A stretch of DNA of 64,000 nt, from assembly GCA_963841735.1 (NCBI GenBank), contig CAWJDT010000001.1:1248001-1312000 (forward strand). The letters run 5' to 3'. A model generated the notes under the pieces. The model saw only the letters and a program-made list of their open reading frames with translations. It was not told the origin of the DNA and did no database searches. Origin of the DNA: an uncultured Actinomycetes bacterium. GTDB lineage: Bacteria > Actinomycetota > Thermoleophilia > RBG-16-64-13. Shown one piece after another: positions 19,016 to 30,565 of this stretch; position 1 is the stretch's first letter, and every line of letters begins with the position of its first letter. The translations under genes were made by a program, and so were the position numbers.

Positions 19016-22000
19016 ATGGTAGTCGTCGTCACGCTCTCCCCGCGGGACTACGACGCGGTTCTATTCGATCTTGACGGGGTGTTGACCAGGACCGCGCGCG
19101 TGCATGCCTCCGCCTGGAAGAAGCTGTTCGACGGCTTTCTCGAGCGGCGCGCCGCTCAAACGGGCGAACCGTTCGTTCCCTTTGATATCGACGCCGACTA
19201 TTCGCGTTACGTCGATGGCAAGCCGCGCTACGATGGCGTGACATCCTTCCTCGACTCACGCGGGATCGAATTGCCGTTTGGCGAGCCCGAAGACGGTCCC
19301 GACGTGCAGAGCGTGCGTGCGCTGGGCAATCTGAAGGACCGGTATTTCCTGCAGCACCTGCAGGAGCATGGCGTCGAGCCCTATGAAGGCTCGATCGCGC
19401 TGGTGCGCCAGCTGCGGGCGCAGGATATCAAGACTGCCGTTGTGTCCTCCAGCAACAACTGCTCGGCGGTGCTCGAGGCAGCAGGCATCGCGCACCTGTT
19501 CGATGCGCAAGTGGACGGGACCGACGTGACACGCCTCGAACTCAAGGGCAAGCCCGCACCGGACGCTTTTCTGGAGGCGGCGCGGCGCGTCGGAGCAATA
19601 CCTGCGAATGCCGTTGTGGTGGAGGACGCGATCGCCGGCGTGGCGGCCGGGCGCGCCGGTCGCTTCGGCTATGTAATCGGTGTCGATCGTCGTGGGCAGG
19701 CGGCGGCTCTGCTCGAAGCCGGCGCTGACGTCGTGGTGACCGATATGGGCCAGATCCAGGTGGCAGCGGAATCGCCTTCCGAGTGGTCACTGGTATTTGA
19801 GGGTCTTGACCCGGCGCAAGAGGGCATCCGCGAAGCCTTGTGCACCCTGGGGAATGGCTTTTTCGCGACGCGCGGCGCCGACGCCGGGGCGGTGGCGGAC
19901 GGCACTCACTATCCGGGGACCTACCTGGCCGGCGGCTACAACCGGCTGAACACCGACATCGGCGGTCGCATGGTCGAGAACGAGGATCTGGTGAATCTCC
20001 CCAACTGGCTCGCACTTGAGTTTCGCATCGGCGAGCAGGGCTGGTTCGATGCGCGAACGGTGGAGCTGCTCTCGTACCGCCAGGAGCTCGATCTGCGACG
20101 GGGCATGTTGGTGCGGAACATCAGCTTCGAAGACGGCCAAGGGCGGCGCAGCACGCTCGTGGAGCGACGTCTGGTCTCCATGAGCGATATGCATCTGTGC
20201 GCGCTGGAACTGGCGCTGACCGCCGAAAACTGGTCAGCAGGTGTCACGGTGCGTTCGGCGATCGACGGACGCATCGTCAACACGGGCGCGAAGCTGTACC
20301 GCAAGTTCAACAACAAACATGTGGAGCCGCTGGAAGGCGAGGCCGTTGGCGACGATGGCGTGCACCTGCTGGTGCGCACCTGCCAGTCGAATATTCATGT
20401 CGCGCAGACGGCACGAACGCAGGCGTTCCTCCACGGGCAGCCTCTCGAAGTCCGGCGCCGGGTCATCGAGGAATCGGGATACATCGGGCAGGAGATCAAA
20501 GTAGACGTCAAGCAAGGCGAGACGTTGGTGCTGGAGAAGGTGGCCTCCTTCTACACCTCGCGCGATCATGCCATTTCGGAGTGCGGGTTGGCGTCGCGAA
20601 AGGCGATCCTGCGTGCGGGTCGCTTTGACGCCTTGATGGCGGCTCATGTCTTTGCGTGGAAACACCTGTGGCGCCGCTTCGACGTACATATCCAGCCGGC
20701 CGATCACGGGTTCAAGTTGAACGTCCCGATGCTGCTTCGGTTGAACATGTTTCACCTGTTGCAGGCTGTATCGCCCAAGTCCATCGGACTGGATATCGGT
20801 GTGCCCGCACGGGGTTGGACCGGGGAGGCATATCAGGGCCATATATTCTGGGACGAGCTGTTCATCTTCTCGTTCTTCAATTATCGGATGCCCGAGATCA
20901 CCCGATCGCTTCTGATGTACCGCTACCGGCGTTTGGGCGAGGCGCGTGCGGCCGCCGCCGCGGCTGGGTATAAGGGCGCGATGTTTCCCTGGCAGAGCGG
21001 AAGCGACGGCCAGGAGGAGACCCAGGAGCTTAACCTGAACCCTCGTTCGCAGCGGTGGGTGCCCGACAACTCCTACCTGCAGCGCCACGTGGGCAGTGCC
21101 ATCGCCCTAAACGTCTGGCAGTACTTCCAGGTGACTCACGACGTCGAGTTTCTGGATTTCTACGGCGCGGAACTGATTCTTGATATCGCCCGCTTCTGGT
21201 CGAGCATCGCCAGCTTCGATGACGAGCGCGGGCGCTACGGGATACGTGGCGTGATGGGTCCCGACGAGTTTCACGACGGCTATCCAGATTCAGCAACGCC
21301 TGGCCTCGACAACAACGCCTATACCAACATCATGGCGGTGTGGGTGCTTTGCCGGGCGTTGGAGGTGGTCGATCTGCTGTCCGACGTGCGTCGCGCCGAG
21401 CTCATGACGCGGCTGGACTTGTCGGCAAAGGAGATCGCGCGCTGGGGCGATATCAGTCGCAGGATGTACGTACCGTTTCATGACGACGGGATCATAAGCC
21501 AGTTTGAGGGCTACGAAGAGCTGCGTGAGCTCGACTGGGAGGACTATCGGAGGCGGTATGGCAATATTCAGCGACTCGATCTCATCCTCGAGGGCGAGAA
21601 CGATAGCGCCAACCGCTATAGGCTCTCGAAGCAGCCGGACGTTCTGATGTTGTTCTACCTGTTCTCCGCCGAGGAAATCGGCGAATTGTTCGAGCGTTTG
21701 GGCTATCCGTTCGAGTACGAGACCATTCCGCGAAACGTCGTTTACTATGCCGATCGTTCGTCCCAAGGCTCCACGCTGTCCCGAGTGGTTTACGCTTGGG
21801 TCTTGGCGCGCTCCGACCGGCCGCGGGCGATGGCATTCTTCGCGCAGGCGCTGCAGAGTGACGTGAACGATATCCAGCAAGGCACGACCGCGGAGGGTAT
21901 CCACCTCGGCGCCATGGCGGGATCTGTCGATCAGGTGCAGCGCGTATCGACAGGTCTCGAAGTCAGAGGCGATGTTCTGTGGCTCAATCCGGAATTGCCG

Positions 22001-22207
22001 CAGGAGATGGAGCGCCTCTACATGCGCATCCGTTACCGCGGTCATTCGCTCGATCTGAGGCTGACGCGCGACTCGCTCAGGGTTCGCAGCCGTGATGGTG
22101 CGGCGGCGCCCATTTCCTTGTCCGTCGACGGTGAGGTCTGTGAATTCGTCAGCGGAACCACCCGTGTCTTTCGATTGAACGACGATGCAACAGCCGGTCT
22201 CGGCTAG
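19016..22207 (+). CDS. Beta-phosphoglucomutase-like HAD + GH65 (trehalose/trehalose-6-P phosphorylase-like) fusion
   Basis: FDLDGV, GKPAPD, VVEDA (HAD); [27 protein letters not shown] (GH65). Confidence 0.92.
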   Translation: MVVVVTLSPRDYDAVLFDLDGVLTRTARVHASAWKKLFDGFLERRAAQTGEPFVPFDIDADYSRYVDGKPRYDGVTSFLDSRGIELPFGEPEDGPDVQSVRALGNLKDRYFLQHLQEHGVEPYEGSIALVRQLRAQDIKTAVVSSSNNCSAVLEAAGIAHLFDAQVDGTDVTRLELKGKPAPDAFLEAARRVGAIPANAVVVEDAIAGVAAGRAGRFGYVIGVDRRGQAAALLEAGADVVVTDMGQIQVAAESPSEWSLVFEGLDPAQEGIREALCTLGNGFFATRGADAGAVADGTHYPGTYLAGGYNRLNTDIGGRMVENEDLVNLPNWLALEFRIGEQGWFDARTVELLSYRQELDLRRGMLVRNISFEDGQGRRSTLVERRLVSMSDMHLCALELALTAENWSAGVTVRSAIDGRIVNTGAKLYRKFNNKHVEPLEGEAVGDDGVHLLVRTCQSNIHVAQTARTQAFLHGQPLEVRRRVIEESGYIGQEIKVDVKQGETLVLEKVASFYTSRDHAISECGLASRKAILRAGRFDALMAAHVFAWKHLWRRFDVHIQPADHGFKLNVPMLLRLNMFHLLQAVSPKSIGLDIGVPARGWTGEAYQGHIFWDELFIFSFFNYRMPEITRSLLMYRYRRLGEARAAAAAAGYKGAMFPWQSGSDGQEETQELNLNPRSQRWVPDNSYLQRHVGSAIALNVWQYFQVTHDVEFLDFYGAELILDIARFWSSIASFDDERGRYGIRGVMGPDEFHDGYPDSATPGLDNNAYTNIMAVWVLCRALEVVDLLSDVRRAELMTRLDLSAKEIARWGDISRRMYVPFHDDGIISQFEGYEELRELDWEDYRRRYGNIQRLDLILEGENDSANRYRLSKQPDVLMLFYLFSAEEIGELFERLGYPFEYETIPRNVVYYADRSSQGSTLSRVVYAWVLARSDRPRAMAFFAQALQSDVNDIQQGTTAEGIHLGAMAGSVDQVQRVSTGLEVRGDVLWLNPELPQEMERLYMRIRYRGHSLDLRLTRDSLRVRSRDGAAAPISLSVDGEVCEFVSGTTRVFRLNDDATAGLG

Positions 22208-22224
22208 AAAAGGGAGAATCGAGC

Positions 22225-24597
22225 ATGGACACAGAGACTCTTTCCCCGGAACTACTCCACAAGATGGACGCCTACTGGCGCGCCGCCAACTACCTGTCGG
22301 TGGGGCAGATATACCTCTACGACAATCCGCTGCTAAAGGAGCCGCTGAAGCTGTCGCATGTGAAGCCGCTGGTGGTCGGCCACTGGGGCACCACACCGGG
22401 CCAGAACTTCATCTATGTGCACTTGAACCGGGTCATCAAGAAATACGATCTGGACATGTTCTACGTCGCCGGCCCCGGTCACGGCGGCCCGGCCCTGGTG
22501 GCCAACACCTACCTTGAGGGCAGCTACAGCGAGATCTATCCCAACATCAGCCAGGACGAACCCGGGCTGAAGAAGCTGTTCACTCAGTTCTCGTGGCCCG
22601 GTGGGATCTCCAGCCATGTCGCTCCGTCCACGCCGGGTTCCATCCACGAGGGTGGCGAGTTGGGGTACTCGCTCAGCCATGCCTTCGGAGCCGCTCTCGA
22701 TAACCCCGAACTCATCGTAGCCTGCGTTGTGGGCGACGGTGAGGCGGAAACAGGCCCGCTGGCGACCGCCTGGCATAGCAACAAGTTTCTGAGCCCCATC
22801 AGCGACGGGGCCGTGCTGCCGATCCTGCATCTGAACGGCTACAAGATCAGCAACCCGACCGTGCTGGCCCGCATCGAGCATGAGGAGCTGGAGCAGTTCT
22901 TCTACGGCTGCGGCTGGACGCCCTACTTCGTGGAGGGTGACCAGCCGGAAGAGATGCACCAACTCATGGCCGGCACTTTGGACAAGGCCATCGAGAGCAT
23001 CCGCCAGATCCAAGCCAACGCCCGCGAAAACAACGACACCAAGCGGCCGCGCTGGCCCATGATCGTCCTCAACTCGCCCAAGGGCTGGACCGGACCGAAA
23101 GTCGTCGACGGTCTGCCGGTGGAGGGGACGTTTCGCTCGCACCAGGTGCCGATCATCGTGGATTCGGGGCATCCCGGTCATCTCGAGCTGCTTGAAGGCT
23201 GGATGAGGAGCTACAAGGCAGAAGAACTGTTCGATGAGCAGGGCCGGCTCCTGCCGGAACTGGCCGAGCTGGCCCCCAAGGGCGAGCGCCGGATGGGCGC
23301 CAACCCCCACACCAATGGCGGCAACCTGCTGCGCGACCTGCGCATGCCGGACTTCCGGGCGCAAGCGGTGGAAGTCCCTTCGCCCGGCGCGGTCGACGGC
23401 CAGGACACGCTCGTCCTGGGCAAGTTCCTGCGCGAAGTGACCAAGCTGAACATGGATCAGGGCAATTTCCGCGTCTTCGGTCCCGACGAGACCCTCTCCA
23501 ATCTCTTGGGCGCGGTCTTTGAGGTCACCGACCGGCAATGGGACGCCCGAGAAGTAGAGAACGATGAATTCTTGGCACCCGCCGGACGCGTGCTGGACTC
23601 GATGCTGAGCGAGCACCAGAGCGAGGGTTGGTTGGAAGGCTATCTGCTCACCGGACGGCATGGGTTGTTCAACTGCTACGAAGCCTTCATCCACATCGTC
23701 GATTCCATGTTCAACCAACACGCCAAGTGGCTGAAGGTCACGGCGGAACTGCCGTGGCGGCGAAAGATCGCTTCGCTCAACTACCTTCTTGCTTCCCACG
23801 TCTGGCAGCAGGACCACAACGGGTTCACGCATCAGGATCCCGGCTTCATCGACCATGTCGTCAACAAGAAGGCCGACATCGTGCGCGTCTACCTTCCACC
23901 CGACGCCAACTGCCTGCTTTCGGTCTTTGATCACTGTCTGCGCAGCCGGCACTACGTCAACGTGGTGGTGGCGGGAAAACACGCGATGCCTCAGTGGCTG
24001 GCTATGGACGAAGCCGTCAAGCACTGTACCGAGGGCATCGGAATCTGGCAATGGGCCAGTAACGACCAAGGCGCCGAGCCGGACGTGGTGATGGCCTGCT
24101 GCGGGGATACGCCCACGCTGGAGGTCTTGGCGGCGGTCTCCATCCTGCGCACGCATCTGCCCGATCTCAAGATCCGGGTGGTCAACGTGGTCGATCTCAT
24201 GAAGCTGCAGTCTGCGAGCGAACACCCACACGGCCTAAGCGACACCGACTACGACGCGCTGTTTACCAAAGACAAGCACATCATCTTCGCGTTTCATGGC
24301 TACCCGTGGCTCATCCATCGGCTGACCTATCGCCGCGCTAACCACAACCTGCACGTGCGCGGTTACAAGGAGGAGGGCACCATCACGACGGCTTTCGACA
24401 TAAGGGTGCAGAACGACCTGGACCGGTTCCACCTGGTCATGGACACCATCGATCGTCTGCCGCAGACCGGCGACAAGGGCGTCTATCTGAAGCAGCAACT
24501 GCAGGACAAGCTCATCGAGCACAAGCAGTACATCGACCAACACGGCCAGGACTTGCCGGAGATCAGGAATTGGAACTGGGATCCGGACGGGATGTAG
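22225..24597 (+). CDS. xfp: Phosphoketolase
   Basis: [47 protein letters not shown]. Confidence 0.96.
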   Translation: MDTETLSPELLHKMDAYWRAANYLSVGQIYLYDNPLLKEPLKLSHVKPLVVGHWGTTPGQNFIYVHLNRVIKKYDLDMFYVAGPGHGGPALVANTYLEGSYSEIYPNISQDEPGLKKLFTQFSWPGGISSHVAPSTPGSIHEGGELGYSLSHAFGAALDNPELIVACVVGDGEAETGPLATAWHSNKFLSPISDGAVLPILHLNGYKISNPTVLARIEHEELEQFFYGCGWTPYFVEGDQPEEMHQLMAGTLDKAIESIRQIQANARENNDTKRPRWPMIVLNSPKGWTGPKVVDGLPVEGTFRSHQVPIIVDSGHPGHLELLEGWMRSYKAEELFDEQGRLLPELAELAPKGERRMGANPHTNGGNLLRDLRMPDFRAQAVEVPSPGAVDGQDTLVLGKFLREVTKLNMDQGNFRVFGPDETLSNLLGAVFEVTDRQWDAREVENDEFLAPAGRVLDSMLSEHQSEGWLEGYLLTGRHGLFNCYEAFIHIVDSMFNQHAKWLKVTAELPWRRKIASLNYLLASHVWQQDHNGFTHQDPGFIDHVVNKKADIVRVYLPPDANCLLSVFDHCLRSRHYVNVVVAGKHAMPQWLAMDEAVKHCTEGIGIWQWASNDQGAEPDVVMACCGDTPTLEVLAAVSILRTHLPDLKIRVVNVVDLMKLQSASEHPHGLSDTDYDALFTKDKHIIFAFHGYPWLIHRLTYRRANHNLHVRGYKEEGTITTAFDIRVQNDLDRFHLVMDTIDRLPQTGDKGVYLKQQLQDKLIEHKQYIDQHGQDLPEIRNWNWDPDGM

Positions 24598-24627
24598 ACC
24601 GCAAAAAGCACTGAGCGCAGGGGAAGA

Positions 24628-25089
24628 ATGATGCACATCGGCATAGCCGCGGACCATGGCGGGTTTGAGTTGAAGATGTACCTGACTACGGCTCTGGAGG
24701 CCGCCGGGCATGAGGTGGTGGACTTCGGTGCCCTTGAGCTGGTCACGGATGATGACTACCCAGACCTTGTGGTGCCCATGGCGCAGGCGGTGGCTAGAGG
24801 CGATGTCACCCGGGGCCTGGCTATCTGTGGCAGCGGGGTCGGGGCCGGCGTTGCGGCCAATAAGGTGCCCGGCGTGCGTGCGGCGTTGATCACGGATCCC
24901 TACTCCGCTCATCAGGGGGTCGAGGACGACGATATGAACGTGATGTGTCTGGGCGGCCGGGTCACCGGGCATGCTCTGGCCTGGGACTTGGTCCAGACGT
25001 TCCTGAGCGCACGCTTCAAAGGGACCGAACGGTTCCAGCGCCGCCTGGCGAAGATATCGGCGCTGGAAAACAAGGAGATAGAGCTATGA
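24628..25089 (+). CDS. rpiB: Ribose-5-phosphate isomerase B
   Basis: ADHGGFELK, DDYPD, ICGSGVG, NVMCLGGRV. Confidence 0.93.
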   Translation: MMHIGIAADHGGFELKMYLTTALEAAGHEVVDFGALELVTDDDYPDLVVPMAQAVARGDVTRGLAICGSGVGAGVAANKVPGVRAALITDPYSAHQGVEDDDMNVMCLGGRVTGHALAWDLVQTFLSARFKGTERFQRRLAKISALENKEIEL

Positions 25090-26219
25090 AAGACAACCCT
25101 CTGAGGAAACTGGGAACGCTCGGTCAGTCAGTCTGGCTCGACTACATCCGCCGAGATCTGATCGCGAGCGGTGGACTCCGGCGTCTGATAGAGGGCGACG
25201 GACTGCGAGGGATGACCTCGAACCCATCCATTTTCGAGAAGGCGATCACGGGCAGCCAAGACTACGATGAGGACATCCGGGTCATGGCGCTTGAGGGAAA
25301 GAGCGTCAAGGCGATCTATGAAGCCCTCAGTCAGCGGGATGTGCAGAGCGCTGCCGATGAGTTCTGGCCTCTGTACGACAAGACTGAAGGAGCAGACGGA
25401 TATGTCAGTCTGGAGGTCGACCCCCACCTGGCCCACGACACCGGAGGCGCCGTAGAGGAGGGCCGCCGGTTGTGGGCCGCGCTTGATCGGCCCAACGTCC
25501 TCATCAAGGTACCGGGGACGGCCGAAGGCCTGCCCGTCATCCGGCAACTCATCAGCGAAGGCATCAACGTCAATGTGACCTTGCTCTTCGGGATCCCCCG
25601 CTACCGGCAGGTTGTGGAAGCATACCTCGCGGGTCTCGAGGCGCGGGTGAAGCAGGGGGAGCCGGTAAAGGCCGTTGCCTCTGTGGCCAGTTTCTTTGTG
25701 AGCCGTATTGACACGCTGGTGGATCCGCTGCTGGAAGAAGTCATCGCCCAAGGGGGCGAGAAGGCGGACACGGCAAAGATGCTGCATGGTCAGGTGGCCA
25801 TCGCCAGTGCGAAGGTGGCCTATCAGATCTACAAGAAAGTCTTCGACGGCGACCGTTTTGCGGGACTAGCCGACAAGGGCGCTCGCACCCAACGCCTGCT
25901 GTGGGCCAGTACCAGCACGAAGAACCCGGAGTATAGCGACGTGAAATACGTCGAAGCGCTCATCGGGCGCGACACTATCGACACCGTCCCGGTCGAGACC
26001 CTCGACAGTTATCGCGACCACGGTGACCCGAAAGATCTGATCGAACAAGAGGTCGCGAAGGCCCGCGAGGTGCCAAGCCGGCTGCCGGACTTGGGCATCG
26101 ACATCGATGAAGTGACGCAGCAGCTTGAGGATGAAGGGGTCGAGAAGTTCAGCCAAGCCTTTGACAAGCTGATGGAGGCCCTGGACAAGGCGGTGCAAAA
26201 GCAGAGCACACGCCGATGA
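25086..26219 (+). CDS. tal: Transaldolase (type 2)
   Basis: GQSVWLD, GMTSNPSIF, NVLIKVPGT, QRLLWASTSTKNP; ATGA overlap with rpiB. Confidence 0.94.
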   Translation: MKDNPLRKLGTLGQSVWLDYIRRDLIASGGLRRLIEGDGLRGMTSNPSIFEKAITGSQDYDEDIRVMALEGKSVKAIYEALSQRDVQSAADEFWPLYDKTEGADGYVSLEVDPHLAHDTGGAVEEGRRLWAALDRPNVLIKVPGTAEGLPVIRQLISEGINVNVTLLFGIPRYRQVVEAYLAGLEARVKQGEPVKAVASVASFFVSRIDTLVDPLLEEVIAQGGEKADTAKMLHGQVAIASAKVAYQIYKKVFDGDRFAGLADKGARTQRLLWASTSTKNPEYSDVKYVEALIGRDTIDTVPVETLDSYRDHGDPKDLIEQEVAKAREVPSRLPDLGIDIDEVTQQLEDEGVEKFSQAFDKLMEALDKAVQKQSTRR

Positions 26220-26265
26220 ACGCGCAAGAGCTCACAGACACCGCCGCGATGGAAAGAAGAGGAGC

Positions 26266-28728
26266 ATGAAGGCCCACAAGGCGAAGCAGGGAACCAAGCC
26301 CAAGTCTGGGGACGATCTGCAATCCATCCCCATGCCGGAGCTGCAGGCGAAGTTGGGGTCATCGCCGGACGGCCTCAGTCAAGTCGAGGCGCAGAAGCGG
26401 CTGGCCCAATACGGGCCTAACGAGATCGAAGAGAAAAAGACCAACCAGTTCCTGAAATTCCTCACCTATTTCTGGGGTCCTATCCCGTGGATGATCGAAG
26501 TGGCCGTGGTCCTTTCGGCGGTGGCCCGGCATTGGCCGGACTTCGGCATCATCTTCGTCCTGCTTGTGGCCAACGCTGTGGTCGGATTCTTGGAGGAGCA
26601 CCAGGCGGGCAACGCCATCGCCGCTCTGAAGGCCAAGCTGGCGCTGACGGCCAAACTGAAGCGTGATGGAAAGTGGATCACCTCCGCTTCTCGCGAGTTG
26701 GTGCCGGGCGACGTCATCCGCGTACGCTTGGGCGAAATCGTGCCGGCGGATGCGCGCTTGCTCGAGGGCGACCCCGTGGAGGTGGATCAGTCCGCGTTGA
26801 CCGGCGAGTCGCTGCCCGTCACGCGCAAGGCTGGGGAGGTCGTGTTCTCGGGATCGATCATCCGTCAGGGCGAGATCGACGCGCTGGTATACGCCACCGG
26901 CGCGAACACATACTTCGGTAAGACGGCGCAGCTGGTGCAGGAGGCGCGCACCGTCAGCCATTTCCAGCGTGCAGTGCTCAAGATCGGCAACTACTTGATC
27001 ATTCTGGCGGTAGTGCTAGTGGTGGTGATTATTGCCGTGGGGCTCATACGCCATGATCCTGTGCTCACTACGCTTCAGTTCGCCCTGGTGCTGACGGTGG
27101 CCGCCATTCCCGTGGCCATGCCCACGGTGCTGTCGGTGACCATGGCGGTCGGCGCGCGCCTGCTGGCCAAGAAAGAGGCGATCGTGACTCGGCTCGCGGC
27201 TATCGAGGAACTGGCGGGTGTGGACGTGCTGTGCTCGGACAAGACCGGCACTCTGACCCAGAACAAGCTGACACTGGGCGACCCCTTCAGCGTGGGCGAT
27301 ATCCCGGCCGAGCAGGTCATCCTCTGTGCTGCGCTGGCGTCGCGGGCCGAAGACCAGGACACCATCGACATGGCGGTGCTGGCCGGCCTGAAAGACGAGC
27401 AGGCCTTGAAGGGTTACCAGGTGGTCCACTATCAGCCGTTCGACCCTGTACACAAGCGCACCGAAGCCACGGTCAAGGGGCCGGACGGCAAAGAGTTCAA
27501 GGTGAGCAAGGGCGCGCCGCAGGTCATCTTGCAGTTGTCGGCCGGCGCCGCGCAGGTGAGGAGCGCCGTCGCCAAGGCCATCGACCAATTCGCGGTGCGG
27601 GGCTTCCGCTCGCTCGGAGTGGCTCGGGCGGACGGGCAGGGAACCTGGCAGTTTCTCGGCGTCTTGCCGCTTTTCGACCCGCCCCGGGAAGAAGCCAAAG
27701 CGACCATCGCGACCGCCCGCCAGATGGGGGTGAGCGTCAAGATGGTCACCGGTGATCAAGTGGCCATCGCTCGGGAGACCGCCGGCAAACTGGGACTGGG
27801 CACGAATATCCTTGATGCCAGTGGCTTCGGCGCCACCAAGCAGCAGGAGACCGCGCAGCTGGTTGAGTCAATCGAGGAAGCCGACGGCTTCGCTCAAGTG
27901 TTCCCCGAGCACAAGTATCACATCGTGGAAGTCCTGCAAAAACGTGGCCACATCGTCGGCATGACCGGCGACGGGGTGAACGACGCCCCCGCGCTGAAGA
28001 AGGCCGACTGCGGCATCGCGGTTTCGGGCGCCACAGACGCGGCGCGCGCGGCGGCGTCCATCGTGCTCTTGACGTCCGGGCTGTCGGTGATCATCGATGC
28101 GATCAAGGAAAGCCGGAATATCTTTCAGCGCATGAACAGCTACGCCATCTACCGCATCACCGAGACGCTACGTGTGCTGTTGTTCATGACCTTGGCGATC
28201 CTGGTATTCAACTTCTACCCGGTCACCGCGGTGATGATCGTGATGCTGGCGTTGCTCAACGACGGCGCCATCCTCTCCATCGCCTACGACAACGTTCGTT
28301 ACAAGGACGAGCCCGAGTCATGGAACATGCACATGGTGCTGGGGATTTCCACGGTGCTGGGCGTCATCGGGGTCGTGTCCGCGTTCGGCTTGTTCTATCT
28401 CAGCGAGCGCGTGTTCCACTTCGACCATGCGCACATCCAGACGCTGATGTATCTAAAACTGTCCGTGGCGGGTCATCTGACCATCTTTCTCACGCGCACG
28501 CGCGGACCGTTCTGGTCTCATCGGCCCGCGCGGGTATTGTGGATAGCAGTGCTGGGTACGCAAATCGTGGCAACGCTGATAGCGGTCTACGGGTTGTTCA
28601 TGACCCCCCTCGGCTGGGGCTGGGCGGCGTTTGTCTGGGGCTACGCTCTGGTGTGGTTCGTTCTCAATGACCGGTTGAAACTGCTGGCCTACCGGGTGCT
28701 GGACCCTTCCAAAACCGTCCTTCGGTAA
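26266..28728 (+). CDS. Plasma-membrane proton-efflux P-type ATPase (P3A)
   Basis: FWGPIPWMIE, IPVAMPTVLSVTMA, CSDKTGTLT, KGAP, LLNDG (proton-binding Asp). Confidence 0.93.
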   Translation: MKAHKAKQGTKPKSGDDLQSIPMPELQAKLGSSPDGLSQVEAQKRLAQYGPNEIEEKKTNQFLKFLTYFWGPIPWMIEVAVVLSAVARHWPDFGIIFVLLVANAVVGFLEEHQAGNAIAALKAKLALTAKLKRDGKWITSASRELVPGDVIRVRLGEIVPADARLLEGDPVEVDQSALTGESLPVTRKAGEVVFSGSIIRQGEIDALVYATGANTYFGKTAQLVQEARTVSHFQRAVLKIGNYLIILAVVLVVVIIAVGLIRHDPVLTTLQFALVLTVAAIPVAMPTVLSVTMAVGARLLAKKEAIVTRLAAIEELAGVDVLCSDKTGTLTQNKLTLGDPFSVGDIPAEQVILCAALASRAEDQDTIDMAVLAGLKDEQALKGYQVVHYQPFDPVHKRTEATVKGPDGKEFKVSKGAPQVILQLSAGAAQVRSAVAKAIDQFAVRGFRSLGVARADGQGTWQFLGVLPLFDPPREEAKATIATARQMGVSVKMVTGDQVAIARETAGKLGLGTNILDASGFGATKQQETAQLVESIEEADGFAQVFPEHKYHIVEVLQKRGHIVGMTGDGVNDAPALKKADCGIAVSGATDAARAAASIVLLTSGLSVIIDAIKESRNIFQRMNSYAIYRITETLRVLLFMTLAILVFNFYPVTAVMIVMLALLNDGAILSIAYDNVRYKDEPESWNMHMVLGISTVLGVIGVVSAFGLFYLSERVFHFDHAHIQTLMYLKLSVAGHLTIFLTRTRGPFWSHRPARVLWIAVLGTQIVATLIAVYGLFMTPLGWGWAAFVWGYALVWFVLNDRLKLLAYRVLDPSKTVLR

Positions 28729-28834
28729 CCCGAGGGTCGCCCTCAGAATGCCTGTGATAGGATTCACTCACTTTGCTCCTGTAGGCGTCGCGAGGCGGGA
28801 GCGGCCTACAATCGTGACCGATAGGGAGCCTGAC

Positions 28835-30265
28835 ATGACTGGTCGCCGAGCCGTCCCACGAGTAGGGCGGCATGGTGGTGTGATCGTACTCCGTCCGACT
28901 GCGCTGATCGGGGTATTGATGCTCCTCATGGTGGTCATTGCGCTGGCCATATCCTTGGCATCGTGCTCGTCCTCCGCTTCCACTTCGCTCACGGAAACGC
29001 CGTCGGGGCAGCCCGGCACCAGTGGGCAAAGCACGTCCACCGCCTCCTCCGGGTCCTCTGTTGAAGCGCAAATAGCTCAGACGACATCGTACGAGGAGCT
29101 GAAAGCGCTCTATAAACAGGCCATCAAGGATGGGGACGGCGAGATAGCCTACTTGGCAGGCAAGAGATACATCGAGATCGCCCCCGAAGGCGACGAGGGC
29201 TATATCTGGGCCGTCACCGGTCTGCTCGAGATGTCAAAGTCCAACTACGCGCAGATAGACGACTACCTGCAGCAGGCTTTCGCGTCGCTGCCGGATACGC
29301 AGAGGTTGGTCGATTCAATCAAAGAGGCCGAGCCTGAATTGGGCGTCGCTTGGCCCTTCATCCCGGATACGACCGCGGCTGAAGACCTGAACACAAGTGG
29401 CAACACCTGCGGCAACATGAGCGCGGGTGGGCTGGCAGCCGTCCAGGGTAAGTGGGCCTACTTCAGCAGCCAGGGCGACGAGGGCAAGCTCTACAAGATC
29501 GACCTTGTGATTCCCTCCGACCGCCAGAAGCTCTGTGATGACTCCGCCGGTTTCATCAACGTCTTAGGCGACACCATCTACTACCGCAACGGGAGCGATG
29601 GGAATTCGCTGTATTCCATCCGGGCCGACGGGGCGGAGCGGACAAAGCTCGGTTCAGACGCTGTTGATTGGCTCTCCGTGGAGAACGGATGGGTCTACTT
29701 TGGCACAGAGAGCGACGGGGAGGCGGGCCTGTACAGGGTGAAGACGGATGGCACCGAAAGGACCTTGCTGGTGCCCGTACTGACCAAGTACCCGTACGTG
29801 AGCGGCGAATGGGTGTACTACGTGAGCAAGAAGGACGAGGGTTCACTCTGGCGCGTTCCAGCCGGCGGTGGCGAACCGCAAAAGCTGATCGACGGATTCG
29901 TCTACTCCTACACGATCGCGGACGGCAGGCTCTACTACTTGGCGGATGCGGAGAAATGGCTGGCCGTATATGCCGCGGAAGCTGATGGATCTGCCAAGAA
30001 GGAGATCTACACGGTCGCCGGCAAGATCAGCACCTTCAACGTGTTCAAGGGCAACCTGTTTGTTTCGGTGCGGCCCGAAGCGACAAACAGGGACGTCATC
30101 AACGTTGTGGAACTCACATCACAGAAGGTCGTGAAAGAGCTTGACGCCGTCACCGAAGGGCTCTACTGCGCCGAACGGGTGCTGGTCTATGAGGACTGGT
30201 TCGACGGTAGCAGGTTGTATAGGGTCGACCTCAACAATTGGAACGTCGCCAAGATCGACCAGTAA
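28835..30265 (+). CDS. DUF5050-type beta-propeller lipoprotein with TPR-like N-terminal segment
   Basis: Lipobox LASC, Ser/Thr linker, GNTCGNMSAGG, repeated WxYY...LYRxxxDG blades; GGGAG RBS. Confidence 0.8.
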   Translation: MTGRRAVPRVGRHGGVIVLRPTALIGVLMLLMVVIALAISLASCSSSASTSLTETPSGQPGTSGQSTSTASSGSSVEAQIAQTTSYEELKALYKQAIKDGDGEIAYLAGKRYIEIAPEGDEGYIWAVTGLLEMSKSNYAQIDDYLQQAFASLPDTQRLVDSIKEAEPELGVAWPFIPDTTAAEDLNTSGNTCGNMSAGGLAAVQGKWAYFSSQGDEGKLYKIDLVIPSDRQKLCDDSAGFINVLGDTIYYRNGSDGNSLYSIRADGAERTKLGSDAVDWLSVENGWVYFGTESDGEAGLYRVKTDGTERTLLVPVLTKYPYVSGEWVYYVSKKDEGSLWRVPAGGGEPQKLIDGFVYSYTIADGRLYYLADAEKWLAVYAAEADGSAKKEIYTVAGKISTFNVFKGNLFVSVRPEATNRDVINVVELTSQKVVKELDAVTEGLYCAERVLVYEDWFDGSRLYRVDLNNWNVAKIDQ

Positions 30266-30565
30266 GCCGGGCCGAGCCGGGGAAATCTCGGGGCTGTTAC
30301 AATCCGCTTCAGTGATGGAGTCCGTCGATAATGCGGTTATTGCCCCTGGCGCTGCCCCACTCTCTGGGACTGCTTGCGAGGTGTGGCGTGTCCTAGGCAA
30401 GGGCCATCAGGTCGCAACCTCTCAGAATACGGAGGGCCCCTGTGAGGCGATGAACGTCTCGATGCCCCCATTGCAGCCGCCGCTCTGCGCGGGACGGTCT
30501 TTGCCCGGGGACGTATTCCTGAGAGCGAGTGGCAGACCGGAGGGCAACTGAGTGAGGAAGTCATC

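Noticed and set aside
22333-24231. 632-aa minus-strand ORF and similar long antisense ORFs
   Set aside because: High-GC shadow ORFs opposite well-supported genes
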